This document shows, piece by piece, positions 53,846 through 64,000 of a DNA stretch of 64,000 nucleotides. Position numbers and translations under genes: made by a program. Below the pieces are notes generated by a model. The model was not told where the DNA came from. It did not search any database and saw nothing but the letters and a program-made list of their open reading frames with translations. Within the stretch, counting starts at the first letter, position 1. Each line of letters starts with the position of its first letter. Source of the DNA: Octopus vulgaris (lineage: Eukaryota); assembly GCA_951406725.2 (NCBI GenBank), contig OX597835.1:7440001-7504000 (forward strand), written 5' to 3'.

Positions 53846-55857
53846 ATAGGAAAAGGAAAGATCCAGAGAAGGGAAAACGGAGGATATATATAAAAGTAGG
53901 TCAGATGTTTCTCGCTAGATGTTTCTCCCAGCATGGAGATAAAATACAATGGAATTAGACAATCATCTGACAAGCAGCAAGTGTGTAAATTCGGTTTCGA
54001 ATATAAGTCAGCGAAGGCAAAGCGAGATTCTACACATTCCTAGTTCTTTGGGGTTTTTTTTTCAACCACCGGAGTAACTAGGGACTTATGGAAAGGAAGG
54101 TTTTATATTACGCAGAGCTTATGAAATAAGGGAAACTTACTAAAATGCTTGGGATAGACGGAGGGTTAAAGCTCAACATAAATAATAAATGACATAAACT
54201 AACAGTCTACGTGACACAAGACACCACAGTGTGACAAGAGAAAGAAATTAGCGAAAATAAATATACCGGAATTAACTTTTCATCCTTCGAGAATTATCAA
54301 TGGAAGACGTGACATTGACGCCACGTGAGACTAACAAGAAGAAAAACAGTTTTATGTAATTTTGCAACATTTATTTGATGGAAATTTTACTATCGAAAAT
54401 TAAGATTGATATCAATGATCGATGGTAAAGTTTTATTAGAAATCATTGAATAATTTAATTCGTATCCACTACCAACAGAGTAGTTGCCACATTTTTTTTT
54501 CTGTAAACAAAAGTGACTAAAAATGGTGATGTCAGCTCGGAAGAAAAAAATATTAATTCGAAACATATCAAAGACATGATTAGTTAAATTGATAAAAATG
54601 TTCTAAACGTATCATTGATGCTATTGACGTTGTTGTTCTTGTTGTTGTTGTCGTTATTGTTGTTACCAGATTTGGTGGCAAAGACATCGAACAAACATCA
54701 AGGAAATTAACGTTCAAACGCTGAAATAAATTAGAAAAGAGACTTTACCCAGAGGCGTAGAGACGAGCTGTCACCTCCCTCCCTCCTTCCCGCACTCTCT
54801 CTCTCTCTCTTTCCTTCTCTCCGTCTCTCTTTCTTTCTGTCATTCTCACTCTTCTTTCTCTCTCTGTTTGACTGTCTTTCTCTGTCTCTCTCTCTCGTTT
54901 CCCCTCCCTTCCTCCCTCTCTCTATCTCTCGCTGTTCTTCTTGTTTCCCTCTCCTCCTTCTCTCTCACTCTCGTTTCACTCCCCTCCCCCCACGCTGCCC
55001 CCCTCTCTCTCGTTTCCCTTCCCCCTCTCTTTCGCTCTTTCTGTCTCTCTCTCTCTTTCTCTTTCTCTCTCATTATCTCGCTCTTCCTCTCTGTTTACCT
55101 GTCTGTCTCCCTCTCTCGCTCTTCATTCTCTCTCTTTCCCTCTATCTCTCATTCTCTCTCGTTCCCTCTATCTCTCATTCTCTCTCGTTCCCTCTATCTC
55201 TCATTCTCTCTCGTTTCCCTTCCCTCCGTTCCTCCCTCCCCCTCTCGCTCTCTTTCTCTCTCTTTCTCTCTCTCTTTTTTCTTTTTTCTATTACTACTGT
55301 AATGGCTTCTCGTATCCCTTATACAACTAAAGCCTTTTTACCTGCGATAGGCAGGTAAAAATTACTAATGTAAACACCTGTAGTAAGTCCCTAACATCTA
55401 CCAAGTCCCGTAACTGGCACCTCAATCCCTAAAAAACGACTATCAGGAAGGCTTTCTCGTATCTAGTCAAAACAGCCGCCGTTAACTTTTCAGAGGGTTC
55501 ACAACTGGCTCTCCGTCGTTTACGACGATGAGGGTTCCAGTTGACCTTTCCAACGGAAGAGATTGTTTGTGAAATAAACGTGCAAGTGGTTGAGTACACC
55601 ACTTTTAACGTAATCATCGGGGAGACTTGGCCTTATGTGAAAAGGCTGGCTCATAAGCAATACTTATCCTCTCAAGCTGAATAAACTGGAGCAAAGTAAA
55701 AAAAAATGTTTTATTCAAGGACACCACACATCACCGGGTATAGAAGTCACGGTCTTATGACCGTGAGCAGAATGCCGCAACCACTAAGTTACCCGGTTTA
55801 ATCTAGAGAGTGAGCATACTCAGCACATATCAACCAAGTTGTTCTATATATAACAGC

Positions 55858-56189
55858 GGTAGTGAGGGCGCGTGGCTTAGTGGTTAGGGCATTCGGCTCA
55901 TGATCGTAAGGTTGTGAGTTCGATTCCCGGCGACGCGTTGTGTCCTTGAGCAAGACACTTTATTTCACGTTGCTCCAGTCCACTCAGCTGGCAAAAATGA
56001 GTTGTACTTGTATTTCAAAGGGTCAGCCTTGTCACTCTCTGTGTCACGCTGATTATCCCCGAGAACTACGTTAAGGGTACACGTGTCTGTGGAATGCTCA
56101 GCCATTTGCACGTTAATTTCACGAGCAAGCTGTTCCGTTGATCGTATCAGCTGGGACCCTCGTCGTCGTAACCGGCGGAGTCTTTAGAA
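55858..56189 (+). mobile_element. tRNA/CORE-like SINE, head A2 + tail 1
   Basis: A box tggcttagtgg, B box gagttcgattcc, CORE-like gtgtccttgagcaagacact; TSD atatataacagc. Diverged minus-strand copies at 55505-55790 and 57355-57675. Confidence 0.92.
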
Positions 56190-56612
56190 ATATATAACAG
56201 CCACTAAGTTTAGACAGTTGCCTTGTACAAAATTTTTTTCCATTGCTACAACACAACACGGCCACTGGTTGCAGCGGTATCCCTTCCATTTCCTTCATCA
56301 GCCTCTGCTTCTCTGAAATGAGCAAGCTACGCAGCATCATCGCAGAAGCTCACCTCACGCCTTCTCTTTCCTCCTAGGTGTAATCCCCCCTGCGTTTCAC
56401 CATGAGTCTACCTGAACACTTTGATCTATAAATCCTTCCGTTTACAACTACGAAATTCTAGAATATCTACCTGTGTTGCCCAAGCTGATCCTCCTTATGT
56501 CCACATACAACAACGTAAATTACAGGTATTTGTATTACCTGTAATAATCTTTTCTGCTAAAAGCAAAGCACTTCATCCACCATGCTAACGATTCTGCCAT
56601 CTCGCCGCCTTC

Positions 56613-56819
<207 letters not shown>

Positions 56820-58030
56820 CCTTTCTACTGGAGGTACAAGACCAAATTTTGTGGGTAGGGGTCTCGTTGATTAAATCGCCCCCAGTGTTTCACTGGGGCT
56901 TAATTTATCGACCCTGAAGCGATGAAAGGCAAAATTGACAATGGCGGAATTTGAAATCAGCGTAGCGACGGGCGAAATACCGCTAAGCGTTTCGTCCAGC
57001 ATGCTAACGATTCTACCATCACGCCACCTTGTTATTGTTACGAGAAGAACTAATTGGTTCTCCGTCGGTGACGACGACAATGGTTCCAGTTGACCTGATC
57101 AATGGAACGGCCTGCTTGCAACATTAACGTGCAAGAGGCTGGACACTCCTTAGGCAAGCGTGCCCTTCGTGAAGAGCTTAAGACGCACTGAATTCATAGA
57201 ACGGCAGGTGGACAGCCTCTTCATCCACTTCGTTCAGATTGAAGAAGTTAATGTTAACGAAAAAAAATCGCATCTCGTCCAGGCAGATACATTTTGCTAC
57301 GAACTGAACAGAAACACAACTGAATAAATTTAATATGGGGAAAGAGGAAAAAAACTGGTTCTCCGTCGGTTACGACGACGAAATTTCTAGATTATCCGAC
57401 CCACGGAAGAGCCTATTCGTGAACTTAACGTGCAAGTGACTGGACACTCCACGGGCACGCGTACTGTCAACGTAGTTCTCAGGGAGATGCAGCGTGTGAC
57501 AGAGTGTGACGAGGCTGGCCCCTTTGAATCACAGGTACGATTAATTTTTCCAGTTGAGTGGACCGGAGCAACGTGAAATAGAGTATCTTGCTTAAGGACA
57601 AAACGCGTCGCCAGAAATCCAACCCATAGCTTTAAGACTGTCAGCCGCCAGCCCTAACCATTAAGCCACGCGCATTCACTTACAGTATGCTGACACAGAA
57701 GAAGGAAGAAACAATTTGAAATTTAGTGACGTTAATTAACTAATTAACAAATTAACAATCAGGAAAATGTTTGAAGAGATAACATTCACACAATTTGAAG
57801 TCGGAACAGAAAGCAGCTGAATGTTATTAAATATAACAATGACGTTCATTATAAGACACGTTTATCATCTATTAGATATAATTATACTGAATAAGCAAAA
57901 GATATAGAAAGTTAGAGAGAAAGTCAGAGAGACAGACAGACAGACAGACAGAAAGACAGACAAATAGATAGAAGGTAGATGGATAGGTAGATAGACAGAC
58001 AGATAGGTAGACATAGATAGATAGATAGAC

Positions 58031-58101
<71 letters not shown>

Positions 58102-58137
58102 GGTAGGTAGATAGATAGATAGGTAGATAGATAGATA

Positions 58138-58179
<42 letters not shown>

Positions 58180-58228
58180 GATATATAGATAGATAGATAG
58201 ATAGATAGATAGACATATATATATATAT

Positions 58229-58261
<33 letters not shown>

Positions 58262-58270
58262 CATATATAG

Positions 58271-58325
<55 letters not shown>

Positions 58326-58365
58326 GACAGATAGACAAGCAGACAGACTAATATATAGATAAATA

Positions 58366-58719
58366 TACACGTGGGGAAGTCAAAAATTATCCGCGCTTTC
58401 ACCATACCCTATCTTTACTATTGGTCACACTATCTTGTGCGCATAGTCGGTACTATTGTGATCACGTGATTGAAGTTTGAGCCTGATCATGCCATTTTTC
58501 TTTCTGGCTTTACGGTGTAAGCATGGCCACTCCACTAGCAATGTGCACCAAGGAAGAACAAAGAGCAGTGATCCGATTTCTGTAGTCGGATGGTGTGTCA
58601 GGTGTGTCAGGTGTGTCAGGTGTGTCAGGACGCTTCTCAAGCTCCCCCCTGATGAGATGGTAATTATGGTGAACCGGCGAATAATTATCGATGAGGTAGC
58701 TCGTTCTCTGCAGATTAGT
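58366..58719 (+). mobile_element. Mariner transposon 5' relic
   Basis: TA + cacgtggggaagtcaaaaattatccgc TIR-like end; CTKEEQRAVIRFL*SDGVSG and NRRIIIDEVARSLQIS match mariner N-terminal HTH motifs. Confidence 0.78.
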
Positions 58720-58849
58720 ACTTATCTTATTGATCTCTTTTGTCAAACCGCTACGTTACGAGACGTAAATAAGCCAGCACCGGTTGTCAGGTGGTGAAAG
58801 GGTTACAAATACAGACCCGAACACACACATATATATGTTTATGTGTGTG

Positions 58850-59385
58850 AAAGTATGTATGTATGTTTATATGTATGCATGCATGTATACATGTATGTAT
58901 GTATGTATGTATGTATGTATGTATGTATGTATGCATGCATGCATGTATGTACGTATGTATGTATTTATGTATGTATGTATGTATGAATGCATGTATGTAT
59001 GTATGTATGTATGTATGAGTATGACTGTATGTATGTATGTATGTATGAGTATGACTGTATGTATGTACTTATGTATGTATTCATGTATGTATGTATGCAT
59101 GTATGCATGTATGTATGTATGTATGTATGAGTATGACTGTATGTATGTGTGTATGCATGTATGTATGTGTGTATGTATGCGTGTATGTATGAGTATGAAT
59201 GTATGTATGTGTGTATGTATGTATGTATGTATGTATGTATGTATGTGTGTATGTATAAGTATGAATGTATGTATGTGTGTATGTATGTATATATGTGTAT
59301 GTATGTATATATGTATGTATGTATATATGTATGTATGTGTGTATGTATGTATATATGTGTGCGTATGTATATATGTGTGTATGTA
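58850..59385. repeat. (TATG)n-derived microsatellite
   Basis: Direct reading. Confidence 0.95.
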
Positions 59386-60048
59386 TTATGAACGTGTGTG
59401 TGGTTATGTTTTTGCTTCCACAACCATTTGACAAACAGTTCTGGTTTGTTTGCATATATAACACTCTTCCGTACAGTTTCTAGCAATCAAACTCACTCAC
59501 AAGGCCATGGAGAAGACATATGCCCAACGTGCCATGCAGTGGGATTGAACCCAGAACCTCGTGGTTGCAAAGTGATCTTAACCACACAACCATACTTACC
59601 CGTACATGATTATACAAGATCACCGTATCATAAAACTAATAAATCTTTTGCCAATGTAATCTGCATCTCAAAAGTCTATAGAAGAAATCCTCGCCTGGTC
59701 TGTTCATTCAGTCATTTTATAACAATGAATTTAGATTCATGCTATAGAAATACTATTTTGTATCAAGATAAATTCGTTTATAATATCTAATTGTGTAACA
59801 AACGGCCCATCTTACCATATATCGATTTATCGTTCCTGTATCCCAAGGTTAAGGGGAAAAATTATTCCAGCAAATCTAACCAAGAGATAAAATGATGTAA
59901 TAGACAATACAAATGATGGCAATGATGATGATGATGATCATAATGATAATAATAATAATAATGATAATAATATTGATGATGGTGATGATGCAATAACAAG
60001 AATAATGATAATGATAATAAAAATAATAACAATAATATTAATAATAAT

Positions 60049-60087
<39 letters not shown>

Positions 60088-60349
60088 CTGAAAACAGAAA
60101 CAATTCCTATCATAGTAGGTGCATTAGGCATGATAAAAAAATATTCAGACAAATACATAACAAAAACACCAGGACTTACAAACACATATAACATACAGAA
60201 AATTGCACTACTAGGCACTGCACACATCCTACGCAGAACACTTTCCATACAATAACCATCAGAGCATCACAACAAATCACAGCACATACCCAAGGCACAC
60301 AGAGCTGCGCTTGGAAGTGAAGTGAAAGCACGCTATAAAAATAAAACTA

Positions 60350-60352
<3 letters not shown>
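60088..60352 (+). mobile_element. R4/Dong-type non-LTR retrotransposon 3' end in (TAA)n
   Basis: LKTETIPIIVGALGMI...IQKIALLGTAHILRRTLSIQ* is the RLE-domain C-terminus; short 3'UTR then (TAA)n, the known Dong target. Confidence 0.88.
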
Positions 60353-60400
<48 letters not shown>

Positions 60401-60526
60401 TATAATAATAATAATAATATTGATGATGGTGATGATGTAATAACAAGAATAATGATAAAGATAATAAAAATAATAATAATAATAATAATAATAATATTAA
60501 TAATAATAATAAAAATAATAGTAACA

Positions 60527-60910
60527 ACAGATGACAACGTTTCTCTAAAAGAATTGTTTTTTGTAGTTTCAGCTGAGCTGCGGCCATGCTGGTGCACCGC
60601 CGTTATGGAAAAACTTTCAAAATACAAAGACCTGGAAATAGAGGCAACTCGAATGTGTGGAGTCTAAAAACAGAAACAATTCCTATCATAGTCGGCGCAT
60701 TAGGTATGTTAAAAATAATTCAGACAAATACTTAATAAAACATCACGACTAACAAATATATACAACACAGAAAATAGCCCTACTGAGCACTGCACACATC
60801 CTACGCAAAACACTTTCAATACAATAACAATAAGAGCATCACAGCAAACCACAGCTCAAACACAAGGCACACAGCGTTGCGCTCAGTCGTGCAGTGAGAG
60901 GACGCTATAA
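60527..60910 (+). mobile_element. Second, older Dong 3' fragment with a 51-bp insertion
   Basis: TDDNVSLKE[insert]MEKLSKYKDLEIEATRM..LKTETIPIIVGALG, with frameshifts. Confidence 0.85.
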
Positions 60911-60940
60911 GGAAGCACACTCGGGAGGGCTGGATAGGTA

Positions 60941-60975
60941 TTTGAGATTTCGAGCCTCCGCTCTTCGACAGAAAG
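60941..60975 (-). ncRNA. Minimal hammerhead-like motif (CTGTCGA core), 23886 family
   Basis: rc cttt CTGTCGA a GAGC ggag GCTC GAAA tc TC aaa. Confidence 0.58.
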
Positions 60976-61057
60976 GATTAAGAGGAAAAAAAGGAGAGAG
61001 AATTAAAAAAAAAAAAAACAGAGAAAATAAATGTGCATGGATTAACGGTTCAACACG

Positions 61058-61132
<75 letters not shown>

Positions 61133-61326
61133 AAATGGAAAGATGAATTATCTTGTTACGGATTATTCAAAAGTTTAACCGATACCTGGGTAGCAAAAAT
61201 CACAGCAGAAAAAACACGGTTGGAGATATGACCATATGGTGTTGCAACCGTGCGTTGGCGCGGATAATTGATGTTTAATATAATTAGTGAATGGAAGAAA
61301 TGGAGTTGAACGAAGATTGTACAGAA

Positions 61327-61431
61327 TTCCTTTTATCACATTCTACACATGTTTCAAAGGCCACAATTTTCCAAATTCTGATTAAATAAGGATACCATAT
61401 TGCAGCTTTCTCTTCAGGAAAAACCAGGAAT
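61327..61431 (-). ncRNA. Type I hammerhead-like motif, diverged relative of 42084/46971
   Basis: rc ttc CTGAAGA gaaaagctgcaat...attgtggccttt GAAAC atgt GTA gaa ... aaaggaatt...tcgttcaactccatt. Confidence 0.7.
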
Positions 61432-61665
61432 TACGTTGTCACAACAAAACAAAACAAAAGCGCAGCAAAGCAATTCGAACGAGGACGCTCCTTAAGAGCC
61501 CATGGGTAAAATGTTTATCATGGGTAAAATGTTGGTGGGGGCCGACAAAAAGGTCCGTTGGAATAAATCAAGGTCAGGCCGCGGTCAAATCTAGTAGGTG
61601 AGGAATTAATGAGAACAAGGGGTGTGGAGATGTTCTGTGTGACCAAAGCTAATGTTCTGAATATT

Positions 61666-61696
<31 letters not shown>

Positions 61697-61697
61697 T

Positions 61698-61779
<82 letters not shown>

Positions 61780-61895
61780 TGCATGTATGTATGTATGTAT
61801 TCAAATATAATTAAGGATAAAATGTTTTTAGAAATGTTATCAGTGCCTCGCATATAGAAAATATACTTATTTAGGTACATTAATACATATATATA

Positions 61896-61999
<104 letters not shown>

Positions 62000-62350
62000 A
62001 TAGTATAAAATACAATGATAATTTAACTTGACCAGAAATGAATCAATCCAAAACCATCTGAATTTCTGTGTACCAGCTTCCTCGCTTTCAACGCATGTAA
62101 ATTATAAAGAGATATTTTTTGGAGTGGTTAGACGGACTTAGCGTCTATTTCCAGCATACAGGAAAAGAAATCTCTGTAATTCTGAACTATTTTTCATTAG
62201 TTTTTTCTAAAAATCCCCTAGGAAACACGGTTATAGAGCGTGCATACCGATGTAAACGCTTTTTCAAACAATATTAATAGCGTTCAGCAAATCGCTATAC
62301 ATATCCATCATTTTCTCTTAAAATGTCTTATTGACGAGTTTCATTTTTTC

Positions 62351-62437
62351 ACTTCCCCGAAGAGAAGATTGGATTGTTTTATACTATTTATTATTTTGAA
62401 TAATATCAGTGAAATCTTCGAAATATATGTCGAAAGT
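62351..62437 (+). ncRNA. Hammerhead-like motif (CCGAAGA core), long helix II
   Basis: acttcc CCGAAGA GAAGATT...AATCTTC GAAAT atat GTC gaaagt; (TA)n about 35 nt downstream. Confidence 0.62.
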
Positions 62438-62470
62438 AAAAGTATTTGATTTATACCTGCGCTAAACTCC

Positions 62471-62513
<43 letters not shown>

Positions 62514-62597
62514 GAATCCACTAGAGTGGATGCAAGCGCTAGTATATGATTTATAAAAACATGTGTCATATTAATAAAAATCTGTAAATATAAAACC

Positions 62598-62875
62598 ATC
62601 CGAGTTCAGCACCTTGGGCAAGTGTCTTCTACTATAGCCTCGGGCCGACCAAAGCCTTGTGGGTGAATTTGGTAGACGAAAACTGGAAGAAGCCCATCGT
62701 ATAGATATATACGTGTGTGTGTGTGTGTGTGTGTATGTTTTTGTGCCTGTGTTTGGTCCTACTACCATCGCTTGACAACCGCTGTTGGTGTGCTTACGGC
62801 CCTATAAGTTAGCGGTTTGGCAAAAGCAATCGATAGAATAATTACTAGGCTTTTGAAGTCCTGGGGTCGATTTGC
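62598..62875 (+). mobile_element. SINE family B, partial
   Basis: gcaccttgggcaagtgtcttctactatagcc body. Confidence 0.82.
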
Positions 62876-63099
62876 CTTACCCATATATATATACATATAT
62901 ATATATACACATATAAATATATACATATATATATATATAGATATATATATTTTGGAATTCATTATGATTTGATTTTTGATTTGATTTTGATTTTTCCAGT
63001 TTCAGCTTATGAGCTGTGGCCATGCTGGGGCACCGCCATTTAAAAAATTATATATAGATTTATATATACATATATATATAAATACATATATATACATAC

Positions 63100-63148
<49 letters not shown>

Positions 63149-63149
63149 T

Positions 63150-63190
<41 letters not shown>

Positions 63191-63251
63191 AAATATATTC
63201 ACCGCCTTATTTTCTCCATCCCTCCTTCTATCTCTCTCTCCCATTTCTCTC

Positions 63252-63283
<32 letters not shown>

Positions 63284-63928
63284 ATTATTGATTAGGTCAT
63301 TTTATTCTCTTTCCCCCAAACATTTTTGTTTTTCATTCTTCTTATTTCTTATTTCTCGTTCAGTCTCCTTCGCTGCTATTTTTTTTTTCATTTTAATTGT
63401 CCATTATATATTTATCTGTCTTCTGTCATTATTCTTATTGTTTGGTTTCGTTTTGTTTTGAGGGGAGGGTTTTTTTTTTTTGGCCTTTTTGCTCCGTTTT
63501 TACCTTTTTTCTTTCTTTCTTGCTTTCTTTTTGTCTTAGTTTTTTCTTGAAAAATGCTCTCCGTGTGTGTTTTATGGTCAGGATATAATGGGAATTAGAA
63601 GACGTGATAATAAATGGATTTCACACCGAAATTAACTGCGAAAGAGAAAAAAATAGGGGGAAATTGAAGAGAAGGTAAAAATGCGTGTGGATGGTGAAAG
63701 ATTTGGGAAAAAAATGAAGGTGAGAGGAGAGGAGAGGACTAGAAGAAGGACATGTTAAAGTAAACAAGCCAATGAAAACTGAGCACACACATATACACAC
63801 ATATACACACACATAAAAACGCTCACATACACACGCGTACATAAACTAGACACGCTCTAATGCACACCGACACACGTACATTCTTATACATAAGTACAGA
63901 AAAATAATCGTGTGTGTGTGTGTGCCTG

Positions 63929-64000
63929 ATGGCATATGGCTCAGTGGTTAGAGTGTCTTGCTCAAAATCATGAGGTAGTGAGTTCAATTCTCGGACCGGG
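63929..64000 (+). mobile_element. tRNA-derived SINE head, cut by the window end
   Basis: tggctcagtggttagag A box, gagttcaattc B box. Confidence 0.7.

Noticed and set aside
56240-56480. Possible CR1-like C-terminal relic (LQH...LCFSEMSKL)
   Set aside because: Similarity too weak to call by eye.

Overview
AT-rich, repeat-saturated eukaryotic non-coding DNA (intergenic or deep intronic). The tRNA-derived SINE families, (TA)n/(GATA)n/(TAA)n density and CR1/RTE/Dong relics suggest an Octopus genome; this is inferred from repeat recognition, not a database search. I found no intact host protein-coding exon, and nearly all listed ORFs are microsatellite or SINE artefacts. Content: several modular tRNA-SINE families (many with 11-13 bp TSDs), two CR1 3' ends, two R4/Dong 3' ends in (TAA)n, RTE, HERO-like, mariner and hAT relics, four non-autonomous Helitrons, a 25-bp minisatellite and long microsatellites. 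The main unexplained signal is about 13 type I hammerhead-ribozyme-like motifs from several short element families that mostly end at (TA)n tracts, resembling Penelope-like elements or retrozymes. They show recurrent non-canonical cores (CCGANGA, CUGUYGA), a covarying long helix II and head-to-head inverted pairs. A related set of (TA)n-flanked fold-back elements shares a covarying hairpin. All structures and alignments were read by eye.
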